Shown in pieces: positions 12,128 through 25,540 of a stretch of 64,000 nt of DNA (the first letter of the stretch is position 1; each line of letters starts with the position of its first letter). Both the position numbers and the translations under genes were made by a program. This DNA comes from Balanoglossus misakiensis (Eukaryota > Animalia > Hemichordata). Under the pieces are notes generated by a model that searched no databases, was not told where the DNA came from, and saw only the letters and a list, made by a program, of their open reading frames with translations. The stretch lies in assembly GCA_040954595.2 (NCBI GenBank), contig CM082577.2:12619654-12683653 (forward strand), in the 5' to 3' direction.

Positions 12128-15025
12128 AAGATCTACTGAATGGATTTCGCGACATTATGGAAAGAATACGCCGAGAACTCCCACGGTATTTCAGAAATAT
12201 CCCAAAAGTGGAACTGAGGTAAGTTGGCAGTATTTGTTTCAAATGCAATTACCCGGTTCCACGGAATTCTCAAAAGTGGAATACTTAAGGCAGTTGGTGA
12301 TTTTATCTTGGAGAAAAGATCGCCAATGAAGAGGGAATCGTTTCCCCTTCAAACTGTTTCCACACTAAACTTCAGTAGATTCATTTTGTACATATGCTTC
12401 ACACAAACCATTTTCTATAGCGCGTTACTCAACTTTGCACACAGCGCTGACATAACCGAAACTTCTATGAAACATCACTGGAGACGCATTGGCAATAATC
12501 ATAAATTTATTTATGGTAACAAACAGGGAATTTAAGAAGCAAACTGACAATCGCATTGGCAAGCATACAGCTCTATGTAATCATCAAATATGTCGCCACA
12601 TTTATGGCAAGTAAAATTAAGCTATTAATCACCTTTCCATACATTTACTTCCCTTTAGAGTGCAGGATATAACGTACAACTCGAAGAATGCTAATTAATT
12701 TGCACATTACATTGGTGCATCGCTGGACGGAAAGAAACCAGGAACAGTTTTTGTAAACTGCTACAACCCCGAGTCCAGGTGATATACAATTCTCACAACT
12801 GTAGTTTTATTGTCTCTTCTGTACTATTTAGAGATCGTTTTACCCGGTTTGTTCCACTGCACAGTCTTACTTCCAGGACACATAACTTTGAAAGAAAAGC
12901 CACAACTCGTACTTCATTTTTTTCTCAAGGCAAAAATATTAAATGATGGCGATAGCACTGCATGCAACAGAGCCTTGCCACCACCTTCAATTCTCGTACA
13001 TTTAAAGCATGGACAACTGTCCTGGCTACCGACGATGTAAAGATGAACGACAATACTGTATCACGCCTTCCCGGTTTCCGCACCATTGTGCCTACATAGA
13101 GGTTATGAGTGCCATATAAAGTATACACTTGGTGACTGACAATGAGGGCAACAGTGTATTTTGATGACATAAGGCGCTGCTAGTCACAACTAAAAGAGTC
13201 TTGTCTTCCCGAGGGATAACAGACTGTTTTGGTGTGACTGGCAGTCCCGAGGTCATCAAAAATACACTGTTGCCCGAATATGTCATTCAATGGCTGACAT
13301 TAGAACAAGTCAGTGGTGTTTTCACATCAACATTTTAATATGAAAGGGTACGCCCATATGAACATGACCCTCTAATGACCAAAAGATGATAATGCTATAT
13401 TACAGTGGTGTGATTCAATGCAATGTCCTCTTTGATGACTATATAAATAATCTTTGTCGACCAATGCATTAACAGTTACAAAGCTTATCTGGTGACATTT
13501 TATTTTTCAGGGATGGGGAATGTACTGGGAGTTTCTTGGTGAAGAGATGGGAATGTATGATGATCCGTACACCTTGTAAGTTAAAACTGTGGCAATAGTA
13601 TATTTGAGAGCTTGCATGATGCAGACGTGGTATATTGTTATTCAATTACTTGAGATATAAGTATGCGCAAAATCCGCAAATATTTAACTGTCGCGCCTAT
13701 ACACAGTGGCGGGGCACATTTGTTCTTGTACCGCGTATACCGGCTAACATCTGTTCCATATCGAAGTCAGCTTTGTGTGGCGAACGATTCCGTTTTAAAA
13801 CAATGGCTGTCCATTTATCACAGTGATTGCAAAACACAGCTAATTGAAGAATCTCTAGATTTGGTCGGTATAGTCAAGAAATGCAGAGAGCCTGTCGTTT
13901 GGTTGTAGACACGGGAATCCACGCCTTTGGTTGGAGTGTGGAACGAGCAGCTGACTATATGCATCAGAATATGCCTATGGCGCGTGAACTGATTATTATT
14001 CAAATACACAGATTTATATCTTCCCCCGGGCAGGTAAGAGGAAATACAGTGTAGATGTTTTTTTTCCGTTCAATGCGAGATCTCTCGAGACTTAATTATT
14101 GACAATAGCATGGGGTTAAAGTGAACCCGTCCTCGCGCCGCGCTTGCGCACTGGGTCAATAGATTTTACCCGTGTGGCCAGTGAGTCCCACGCAACGACA
14201 GCCCCACTCCACAGACTCAGTGCGCAAGTGCGGCACGACGACGGGTTCCCTTTATGGTTCCTTCTCAAGTCATTATGAAACGAGAATATTTGCAGGATTT
14301 AACAAAACATGTAGCTTTTGTGACGGTTAATACATAAATACGATATGCCGTGTTGTTGTTCCTGTATCTCATGATTGTTCCCTGCCATATAAATTGGCTA
14401 ACCACGCGAGATCTTGCAGAGATCTCGTAAATGCTCCACATCATTTACACCCTTGTTCCTGAAGAGGTTACTAGACGTCAGTATTTGTTTGTCTTGTCAA
14501 GCTGTTGCAAATACCAAACCGTGAAAACATAATTATCAGAATTGTTTGTTTTTGGCAGTATACTCAACGGTAAATTTGCTTAACCTAATAGCCAATAAAG
14601 TTACATCTTTCCCTTTTCATGTAATAGGCATGTGCATACACCATTGGCCTGATGAAAATCAAAGAACTCCGGCAAAGGGCCCAAGATAGACTTGGTATGT
14701 TTCAGTTTAATTAATTCAGGATAAATTTGTGAGTTCTTCCTCGGGAAGCCAGTGATGTAACCACAGCCAAGCATCATGACTATGCATTATTTTATTCATT
14801 GTACGAATTCATTTGCAAATATTCCAAACATGTATCAGTAAAGTTGAAATTTCAATTCTCAGTTTGTTCGACCTTCGTAATTTTATCAATTGTTTCATTT
14901 TTTCAGGAGACAAGTTTGATATTAAAGACTTCCATGATGCTGTCCTATCTTGCGGAATTGTACCACTGACTGTACTGGAATTGCTTATTGACAAGTACAT
15001 CGAGAAATCAGTAAAGACCGAATAA
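12128..15025 (+). pseudogene. DUF885-family gene, 3' half, disrupted; exons ~12128-12218, 12659-12778, degraded ~12830-13060, 13511-13575, 13859-14033, 14628-14694, 14907-15025
   Basis: Motifs SLDGKKPGTVFVN, GWGMYWEFLGEEMGMYDDPY, RACRLVVDTGIHAFGWS, PGQACAYTIG, FDIKDFHDAVLSCG; GT-AG introns; in-frame TAA at ~12696; HExxPGHH region degraded; no 5' half. Confidence 0.85.
14116..14254. mobile_element. Short MITE-like inverted repeat
   Basis: gaacccgtcctcgcgccgcgcttgcgcactgggtc pairs imperfectly with gactcagtgcgcaagtgcggcacgacgacgggttc. Confidence 0.55.
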
Positions 15026-15505
15026 TACACTCGCGTTTGTATTAATAAGTTAAGATGACGCTGAATTCTGAAATTGCTGGCTGAGAAGTACAACGATTAA
15101 ACATTAAAATAATATTCACAGTGGTGGAACGAACAAGTCGAAGACCACGCGATCTTGTCTACTAACCCAACTGCATATCCACTGGTGCATGGCGCTGTTC
15201 AAATTCTGTTACGCTATGTTACTATATACTACGCCATCACTCTGAGCCAGCCGACCGTGTTATAGGCTACCTACCCACTTAAGACCGGGTGGTGTTACTA
15301 GTTGGGCTTTCAAACAAATCTGCCATCGGTAAATTTGACACAGCCTTTCCTCACACAACTGCTTCCGAATATGTCATCCTGGGCCAATGCTGTGCTACCT
15401 CCCAATTCGTGGTTGATGTAGTCATAGGGCGGATCATTAAATACCCAGTAGCCAATCAATATGCCGCCATTTATGCAGATGAGACCACAGTGTTCTCGTT
15501 TTATG

Positions 15506-15851
15506 TTAAAAGGGACAAATTCTCTCTCTCGATGCCCTTTTTTTCATTAATTATGTTTGATACAGGACACCGTTTATGACATTCTATATGTGGATATATA
15601 GTGAATCACACACAAATCCCATCCCACTTGTAGACACAAGAGTGAAAAACTCACCAAAATGAATAATCGGTGTTTACCGTTTATTCATTTTGGCGAGATT
15701 TTTACTCTCATATCCTACAAACAGGATGGGAGTTGTGTGTGGTCAAACGATAATTCACTATATATCCACATGTAGAATAACCTAAACGGTGTCTTGTATC
15801 AAATATAATTATTGGAAAATGGGCAGCGAGAGAGAGACTTTGTCCCTTTAA
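15506..15851. mobile_element. TTAA-flanked MITE (AGGGACA termini, Kolobok-like)
   Basis: ttaa-aagggacaaa…tttgtccct-ttaa with ~100-bp imperfect TIRs; inverted sister copy at 16861-17226. Confidence 0.8.
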
Positions 15852-16108
15852 GAGCATGTCTTAATCATCCGGGGAAGCACGTTTCAACTATTTCTGGTAA
15901 GGACTGGTTATATGTTATTCTCCCAATAACAAAAATTAAATGAAATGACCTGTTCCAACGAAGAGCCCAAAAGTTTCCATTTTGTGTTCAATAATTAGAA
16001 TTCTGAACTACCCTGACAGTTACAATAGGTTCATAAGCTTGAGCACGACACCATTTTAACTCTGAGTATATACTAGTACTTATTTTTATTGAAACCACGT
16101 GTTTATTT

Positions 16109-16540
16109 TTAAGGATGTACGCGCAGAACAAAACCCGGAAAACTGCGCGCACCCGACGTTTTTCCCATACATGTAGGATTACATTGATAATTGCTAGAAA
16201 ACAAACTTCTACTATTGTCATTTTCACGAAATTTCACACAAAGCTCAGTCCAGTAAATTTAAATTCATTGGTCAAATAAAATATAGGGGTCACCGCGCTA
16301 TATTTTGAGATAAATTGCGTTAAAAATTTTGCCCATAGACAAACCATTGGTGAAAAATGATGAGTCAGCAATTTTTTTCTATTATCGACTAAATTCATGG
16401 TCTGTATTTTCCAAAATAAGCGCGGTGACCCCTATATTTTATTACGGATTTTCATTATACATACACAGGGGAATCCAAAAATCCACAATTAAAAAATGAC
16501 AATACTTTCAATTTTACTGAACGTACATGTACATCCTTAA
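16109..16540. mobile_element. TTAA-flanked MITE (GGATGTAC termini)
   Basis: ttaa-ggatgtac…gtacatcc-ttaa; internal inverted repeat aatataggggtcaccgcgc / gcgcggtgacccctatatt. Confidence 0.75.
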
Positions 16541-16860
16541 GTCCTCTGAACGAAATGGGTTGCTCCGGAAATGTAACTTCCAAATACAAGTTGTTTTTTT
16601 CCACATTTCGTCTGATTCTTATGCTTTTTTTGTTTATTTTATTTTTGTTTATTTATTTGCTTGTGGACAGGGAGATACTACTTTAGTGGGTTGGGTATTG
16701 CTGCATTCACGGCGTTGTTATCTCTATATTTAATGACTAAATATTTTAAATTTTAGTTCATGTATGATATTCCTACATGTTTAATTAACAATTACATCAT
16801 TTGTATAAGATTACAACTTGACACTAGGCAATAACAAATAAAATGCTGGGTTGTTTTTAG

Positions 16861-17226
16861 TTAAAAGGGACAAAGTCTCTCTCTCTCGCTGCCCTTTTTT
16901 CATTGATTATGTTTGACACAAGACACCGTTTATGTTATTCTACATGTGTATACTATAGTATGTAGTGAATGAACGTTCAACTACATACAACTTCGATCCT
17001 GGTTGTAGGATATGAGAGTAAAAATCCCACCAAAATGAATAAATGGTAAACACCGATTATTCATTTTGGCGAGTTTTTCCCTCTCGTGTCTACAAGTTGG
17101 ATGGAAGGTGTGTTTGGTAGAATGTTGATTCACTATATATTCACATGTAGAATAACATAAACCGTGTCTTGTATCAAACATAATTAGTGGAAAAAGGGCA
17201 GCGACAGGGAGACTTTGTCCGTTTAA
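16861..17226. mobile_element. TTAA-flanked MITE, same family as 15506-15851, opposite orientation
   Basis: Same TIRs, with the internal segment reverse-complemented. Confidence 0.8.
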
Positions 17227-17249
17227 TATTATGGTGCAATCCACACAAT

Positions 17250-20200
17250 GTTTTTTCAGACCAATTGTGTTATACATTGCAAATGATCAAACTACATTAC
17301 ATTTTACAGAGGCAAAACTTGGCAAATTCGTGATATAAGTCGGTTATCGCAACTCGTAAGGTGTGTTACACTTGATATCACAACATTAATGCATACAAGA
17401 AAATGTGTTGCTATAAAATGGCTGCTACTCACTTCTGTAGTCGATGCATTCTGAGCATGAGCAGTGAGCTGCTGTATTTCCACAATAAAATATAGATGAA
17501 CAGCAAGGGCGGTTACTATCAGGGTCACACTCTGCAGGACTGCCATCAGGAAGGGGAAAATTGGGTCCACATCGACCGTCGCCTCGCCATTTATTGTCTG
17601 AAAATGTATGGAAAGAAACAATTGAAATATGAGCTACATGAACGTCGATGATGAGACGGAAGTAGTGAATAAACGAAAATTTGCCGCCGCAACAACAGAT
17701 CATTTGGAAGCACACCAACGGAAAATTTAAACAACACAAAATTTCGATCAGCTGGATCATAGGTCACTTTGAAATTTTGGGAGCGATTCGATTAAAGCGC
17801 GTAGCTCGTCTCACGCGCATGCGCGTAACTTCCCGGCAAATTTTCCGTTCGATGCATTCAAATAGTTGACTGCCTTTGCTTCCTTCCATATTCCATGCGC
17901 ACCATATAAGTAGATTCTGGTTTTGTCCCTCCTTTTCACCCAAGCTGGTGTCTTTTCCCAATCTCCGACACAGATTAGGGACCGTTCAGTTTTTACGGCC
18001 GGGGGGGGGGGGCGGCAAAATCCAGGGGGGGGGGGGTCACTTAAATTTTGAAGTCCAAAAGGGGGGGGGGGGTCATCTGTTTTTGAAAACGTTTAGGGGG
18101 GGGGGTCACATACTTTTGCCACCGAACTTTTACTTTTGAGTCCACAAAATTGCAGTTTCGCGCCCTTTATTTTACAAAATTTTCTCATGTGGGAGGGGGA
18201 CACTGTTTTTTCAGACCAATTGTGTTATACATTGCAAATGATCAAACTACATTACATTTTACAGAGGCAAAACTTGGCAAATTCGTGATATAAGTCGGTT
18301 ATCGCAACTCGTAAGGTGTGTTACACTTGATATCACAACATTAATGCATACAAGAAAATGTGTTGCTATAAAATGGCTGCTACTCACTTCTGTAGTCGAT
18401 GCATTCTGAGCATGAGCAGTGAGCTGCTGTATTTCCACAATAAAATATAGATGAACAGCAAGGGCGGTTACTATCAGGGTCACACTCTGCAGGACTGCCA
18501 TCAGGAAGGGGAAAATTGGGTCCACATCGACCGTCGCCTCGCCATTTATTGTCTGAAAATGTATGGAAAGAAACAATTGAAATATGAGCTACATGAACGT
18601 CGATGATGAGACGGAAGAAGTGAATAAACGAAAATTTGCCGCCGCAACAACAGATCATTTGGAAGCACACCGACGGAAAATTTAAACAACACAAAATTTC
18701 GATCAGCTGGATCATAGGTCACTTTGAAATTTTGGGAGCGATTCGATTAAAGCGCGTAGCTCGTCTCACGCGCATGCGCGTAACTTCCCGGCAAATTTTC
18801 CGTTCGATGCATTCAAATAGTTGACTGCCTTTGCTTCCTTCCATATTCCATGCGCACCATATAAGTAGATTCTGGTTTTGTCCCTCCTTTTCACCCAAGC
18901 TGGTGTCTTTTCCCAATCTCCGACACAGATTAGGGACCGTTCAGTTTTTACGGCCGGGGGGGGGGGGGGGGCGGCAAAATCCAGGGGGGGGGGGTCACTT
19001 AAATTTTGAAGTCCAAAAGGGGGGGGGGTCATCTGTTTTTGAAAATGTTTAGGGGGGGGTCACATACTTTTGCCACCGAACTTTTACTTTTGAGTCCACA
19101 AAATTGCAGTTTCGCGCCCTTTATTTTACAAAATTTTCTCATGTGGGAGGGGGACACTGTTTTTTCAGACCAATTGTGTTATACATTGCAAATGATCAAA
19201 CTACATTACATTTTACAGAGGCAAAACTTGGCAAATTCGTGATATAAGTCGGTTATCGCAACTCGTAAGGTGTGTTACACTTGATATCACAACATTAATG
19301 CATACAAGAAAATGTGTTGCTATAAAATGGCTGCTACTCACTTCTGTAGTCGATGCATTCTGAGCATGAGCAGTGAGCTGCTGTATTTCCACAATAAAAT
19401 ATAGATGAACAGCAAGGGCGGTTACTATCAGGGTCACACTCTGCAGGACTGCCATCAGGAAGGGGAAAATTGGGTCCACATCGACCGTCGCCTCGCCATT
19501 TATTGTCTGAAAATGTATGGAAAGAAACAATTGAAATATGAGCTACATGAACGTCGATGATGAGACGGAAGTAGTGAATAAACGAAAATTTGCCGCCGCA
19601 ACAACAGATCATTTGGAAGCACACCAACGGAAAATTTAAACAACACAAAATTTCGATCAGCTGGATCATAGGTCACTTTGAAATTTTGGGAGCGATTCGA
19701 TTAAAGCGCGTAGCTCGTCTCACGCGCATGCGCGTAACTTCCCAGCAAATTTTCCGTTCGATGCATTCAAATAGTTGACTGCATTTGCTTCCTTCCATAT
19801 TCCATGCGCACCATATAAGTAGATTCTGGTTTTGTCCCTCCTTTTCACCCAAGCTGGTGTCTTTTCCCAATCTCCGACACAGATTAGGGACCGTTCAGTT
19901 TTTACGGCCGGGGGGGCGGCAAAATCCAGGGGGGGGGGGGTCACTTAAATTTTAAAGTCCAAAAGGGGGGGGGGTCATCTGTTTTTGAAAACGTTTAGGG
20001 GGGGGTCACATACTTTTGCCACCGAACTTTTACTTTTGAGTCCACAAAATTGCAGTTTCGCGCCCTTTATTTTACAAAATTTTCTCATGTGGGAGGGGGA
20101 CACTGTTTTTTTCAGACCAATTGTGTTATACATTGCAAATGATCAAACTACATTACATTTTACAGAGGCAAAACTTGGCAAATTCGTGATATAAGTCGGT

Positions 20201-23200
20201 TATCGCAACTCGTAAGGTGTGTTACACTTGATATCACAACATTAATGCATACAAGAAAATGTGTTGCTATAAAATGGCTGCTACTCACTTCTGTAGTCGA
20301 TGCATTCTGAGCATGAGCAGTGAGCTGCTGTATTTCCACAATAAAATATAGATGAACAGCAAGGGCGGTTACTATCAGGGTCACACTCTGCAGGACTGCC
20401 ATCAGGAAGGGGAAATTTGGGTCCACATCGACCGTCGCCTCGCCATTTATTGTCTGAAAATGTATGGAAAGAAACAATTGAAATATGAGCTACATGAACG
20501 TCGATGATGAGACGGAAGTAGTGAATAAACGAAAATTTGCCGCCGCAACAACAGATCATTTGAAAGCACACCAACGGAAAATTTAAACAACACAAAATTT
20601 CGATCAGCTGGATCATAGGTCACTTTGAAATTTTGGGAGCGATTCGATTAAAGCGCGTAGCTCGTATCACGCGCATGCGCGTAACTTCCCAGCAAATTTT
20701 CCGTTCGATGCATTCAAATAGTTGACTGCCTTTGCTTCCTTCCATATTCCATGCGCACCATATGAGTAGATTCTGGTTTTGTCCCTCCTTTTCACCCAAG
20801 CTGGTGTCTTTTCCCAATCTCCGAAACAGATTAGGGACAGTTCAGTTTTTACGGCCGGGGGGGGGGGGGGCGGCAAAATCCAGGGGGGGGTCACTTAAAT
20901 TTTGAAGTCCAAAAGGGGGGGGGGGGGGTCATCTGTTTTTGAAAACGTTTAGGGGGGGGGTCACATGCTTTTGCCACCGAACTTTTACTTTTGAGTCCAC
21001 AAAATTGCAGTTTCGCGCCCTTTATTTTACAAAATTTTCTCATGTGGGAGGGGGACACTGTTTTTTCAGACCAATTGTGTTATACATTGCAAATGATCAA
21101 ACTACATTACATTTTACAGAGGCAAAACTTGGCAAATTCGTGATATAAGTCGGTTATCGCAACTCGTAAGGTGTGTTACACTTGATATCACAACATTAAT
21201 GCATACAAGAAAATGTGTTGCTATAAAATGGCTGCTACTCACTTCTGTAGTCGATGCATTCTGAGCATGAGCAGTGAGCTGCTGTATTTCCACAATAAAA
21301 TATAGATGAACAGCAAGGGCGGTTACTATCAGGGTCACACTCTGCAGGACTGCCATCAGGAAGGGGAAAATTGGGTCCACATCGACCGTCGCCTCGCCAT
21401 TTATTGTCTGAAAATGTATGGAAAGAATCAATTGAAATATGAGCTACATGAACGTCGATGATGAGACGGAAGTAGTGAATAAACGAAAATTTGCCGCCGC
21501 AACAACAGATCATTAATTTTGGAAGCACACCAACAGAAAATTTAAACAACACAAAATTTCGATCAGCTGGATCATAGGTCACTTTGAAATTTTGGGAGCG
21601 ATTCGATTAAAACGCGTAGCTCGTATCACGCGCATGCGCGTAACTTCCCAGCAAATTTTCCGTTCGATGCATTCAAATAGTTGACTGCCTTTGCTTCCTT
21701 CCATATTCCATGCGCACCATATGAGTAGATTCTGGTTTTGTCCCTCCTTTTCACCCAAGCTGGTGTCTTTTCTCAATTTCCGAAACAGATTAGGGACAGT
21801 TCAGTTTTTACGGCCGGGGGGGGGGGGGCGGCAAAATCCAGGGGGGGGGGGGTCACTTAAATTTTGAAGTCCAAAAGGGGGGGGGGTCATCTGTTTTTGA
21901 AAACGTTTAGGGGGGGGGGGTCACATGCTTTTGCCACCGAACTTTTACTTTTGAGTCCACAAAATTGCAGTTTCGCGCCCTTTATTTTACAAAATTTTCT
22001 CATGTGGGAGGGGGACACTGTTTTTTCAGACCAATTGTGTTATACATTGCAAATGATCAAACTACATTACATTTTACAGAGGCAAAACTTGGCAAATTCG
22101 TGATATAAGTCGGTTATCGCAACTCGTAAGGTGTGTTACACTTGATATCACAACATTAATGCATACAAGAAAATGTGTTGCTATAAAATGGCTGCTACTC
22201 ACTTCTGTAGTCGATGCATTCTGAGCATGAGCAGTGAGCTGCTGTATTTCCACAATAAAATATAGATGAACAGCAAGGGCGGTTACTATATCAGGGTCAC
22301 ACTCTGCAGGACTGCCATCAGGAAGGGGAAAATTGGGTCCACATCGACCGTCGCCTCGCCATTTATTGTCTGAAAATGTATGGAAAGAAACAATTGAAAT
22401 ATGAGCTACATGAACGTCGATGATGAGACGGTGTTGTGCCGAATTCGGCCCCATGCCGAATACGTCCCCGCGCATGCCTTGACAAACAAACCATGGCTTC
22501 TAAGGGATAATATCGGCAGGGAAGTAGTGAATAAACGAAAATTTGCCGCCGCAACAACAGATCATTTGGAAGCACACCAACAGAAAATTTAAACAACACA
22601 AAATTTCGATCAGCTGGATCATAGGTCACTTTGAAATTTTGGGAGCGATTCGATTAAAACGCGTAGCTCGTCTCACGCGCATGCGCGTAACTTCCCAGCA
22701 AATTTTCCGTTCGATGCATTCAAATAGTTGACTGCCTTTGCTTCCTTCCATATTCCATGCGCACCATATAAGTAGATTCTGGTTTTGTCCCTCCTTTTCA
22801 CCCAAGCTGGTGTCTTTTCCCAATCTCCGACACAGATTAGGGACCGTTCAGTTTTTACGGCCGGGGGGGGGGGGGGGGGCGGCAAAATCCAGGGGGGGGG
22901 GGGTCACTTAAATTTTGAAGTCCAAAAGGGGGGGGGGGTCATCTGTTTTTGAAAACGTTTAGGGGGGTCACATACTTTTGCCACCGAACTTTTACTTTTG
23001 AGTCCACAAAATTGCAGTTTCGCGCCCTTTATTTTACAAAATTTTCTCATGTGGGAGGGGGACACTGTTTTTTTCAGACCAATTGTGTTATACATTGCAA
23101 ATGATCAAACTACATTACATTTTACAGAGGCAAAACTTGGCAAATTCGTGATATAAGTCGGTTATCGCAACTCGTAAGGTGTGTTACATTTGATATCACA

Positions 23201-23798
23201 ACATTAATGCATACAAGAAAATGTGTTGCTATAAAATGGCTGCTACTCACTTCTGTAGTCGATACATTCTGAGCATGAGCAGTGAGCTGCTGTATTTCCA
23301 CAATAAAATATAGATGAACAGCAAGGGCGGTTACTATCAGGGTCACACTCTGCAGGACTGCCATCAGGAAGGGGAAAATTGGGTCCACATCGACCGTCGC
23401 CTCGCCATTTATTGTCTGAAAATGTATGGAAAGAAACAATTGAAATATGAGCTGCATGAACGTCGATGATGAGACGGAAGTAGTGAATAAACGAAAATTT
23501 GCCGCCGCAACAACAGATCATTTGGAAGCACACCAACGGAAAATTTAAACAACACAAAATTTCGATTAGTTGGATCATATGTCACTTTGAAATTTTGGGA
23601 GCGATTCGATTAAAGCGCGTAGCTCGTCTCACGCGCATGCGCGTAACTTCCCAGCAAATTTTCCGTTCGATGCATTCAAATAGTTGACTGCCTTTGCTTC
23701 CTTCCATATTCCATGCGCACCATATAAGTAGATTCTGGTTTTGTCCCTCCTTTTCACCCAAGCTGGTGTCTTTTCCCAATCTCCGACACAGATTAGGG
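17250..23798. repeat. Tandem array of ~955-bp units (7 exon-bearing copies)
   Basis: Near-identical units; ORF track periodicity 17425/18380/19334/20281/21235/23243; copy 6 has a 90-bp insertion (22431-22520) and a 2-nt insertion in the exon. Confidence 0.97.
17433..23415 (-). CDS. Seven phase-1 165-nt exons encoding an 8-Cys hevein/chitin-binding-like module (23251-23415, 22203-22369 frameshifted, 21243-21407, 20289-20453, 19342-19506, 18388-18552, 17433-17597)
   Basis: ttttcag/…/gtgagt splice sites; peptide NKWRGDGRCGPNFPLPDGSPAECDPDSNRPCCSSIFYCGNTAAHCSCSECIDYR; homologous exon at 62864-63034. The chitin-binding assignment is inference from Cys spacing. Confidence 0.75.
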
Positions 23799-24147
23799 TC
23801 GCCGCCATCTTGTGTGAGCACTGCCTTATGGGATTGACTGTTCACTTAACGCCTGTAACCAGTGGCTACAGTTGCGTGTTAGACGAGCTACGCGCTTTAA
23901 AACCCGCAGATATGTACATGGATCACAAAATGGATAACTTCCATGTTGGGGTGAGATGAACTAAACAAAAAAATATGCATGGTAGGTCTGTGGGTTTGCA
24001 ATAAATGCTTAGATTTCATCAATTTGAAATCATTGCGGCCATCTTAAATCGGCATACGGTGACGCATTTTTTATGACACCCATTTAGGGGTTAAAATTAG
24101 ACATTGTTTTCACGAAATAACCTGTATTTGATCAGATTGAGGGTTAC

Positions 24148-24369
24148 CTGATCTCTGGACAACTCCTGACACAGCGATTGACACTCGTATTTTATTGGGA
24201 ATTCGATTCTTCAACCAACAAGCGCCGTTAGCTTTGTTGAAAGTCCAGGCGCGACAAAGCATGTTACTCTTGCAGTCTTCACAACACGCGTCAGCGTTAT
24301 CTTTCCTATTTTGCAGACCGTTGTTGATGTCACTTCCGCCTCTGTCGTAACCAACCTCCTTGTTACAAG
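24148..24369 (-). CDS. PAN/Apple domain exon (phase 1-1)
   Basis: CNKEVGYDRGGSDI…ADACCEDCKSNMLCRAWTFNKANGACWLK…VSG; 222 nt, AG/GT flanked. Confidence 0.85.
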
Positions 24370-25540
24370 CTGTCAGCCAACAAAAAATATGTAATTGATG
24401 CTTGATTCATTTAATGTTCAGGCTGGGTAAAACTAACATTTGCCTTGTTCAGAAACACACCACTAACATGACTAGGTGGTTCTGAACCATTTTTGACCCA
24501 CAGTGGCCAAAATGGCATTTTTGTATTAAGTGGGGTCAATAAGACTACTTCAATTTTAATAGTCACCATTTTAAACATAGAATTGACTTTCAATATATAT
24601 CATCAGATCACCAAATATGAAGAAAACAGTTTGTTTTGAATTTTGTCTAAAATGACCTTATGGGTGCCAAAAAAGGCAATTGTGTGGGGTCAATTGTTTG
24701 GAATTTCCACCAAATTTTACATCGAATGAGCATATCTTACGTCATCAGATCCCTGAATGTGAAGAAACAGTTTGTTTTTAATGTTTTCTAAAAATGACTC
24801 TTTTGGGGCAAAAAGTTTCCAAAAGGGCAATTTTGTCTTGAGTTGGGTCAATAAGACTGCTTTTTTGGAATCAGTGTGATTTCTTACATAGAATGGACTT
24901 CTCAAACCTTCCTTACCAAAAATTCTGTCAGTGATTAAAGGTACCTATCTCCTAGAGTATGTTGTATCTACTGTAACAGTAGTTAAATCTTTATTGTTTT
25001 GACTGTTTTTGGTTAAACTGTACAAAATTAGTTTTCACTAGATAAAAAACTGCATTGTGGGCGGTGGGAATCGCACCCAGGCCCTCCACGATGACAGATA
25101 GCCTCTCTCGGTCTCTCTCTCTCTCTCTCTGATACCCCGCGAGGGGATTTATGTAGCTAAGTTTCATAGATGCTATTCGAGCATTCAAAGCCCATTACAG
25201 GCGGAAGTGACGTCACCCACCCAGACTGCAGCCACGGCTCCAAGTTTGACTGAGGCAAAACTCGGCAAATTCGTGATACAAGTCGGTTAACGCAACTCGT
25301 AACGTGAAAATTTATGAAATATACTTAACTGCATATAGTATAGTGGTTTAAACTTTGCTATTTATCTTAACCTGTAGGGAAATATTACAGCCTGGTACAG
25401 CATATTTTGCAACATGTTTTGACAGACCGTTTGAATTCATATTATCTCAAAATATTTCCAATCGTGTTTACACAATATTATTGTATGACAGACATGTGAT
25501 TATCGATATGTCAGGTCATTGAAATACCTTCTCTACTTAC

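Noticed and set aside
12128-15025. Bacterial contamination suggested by DUF885
   Set aside because: The coding segments are split by canonical GT-AG introns.
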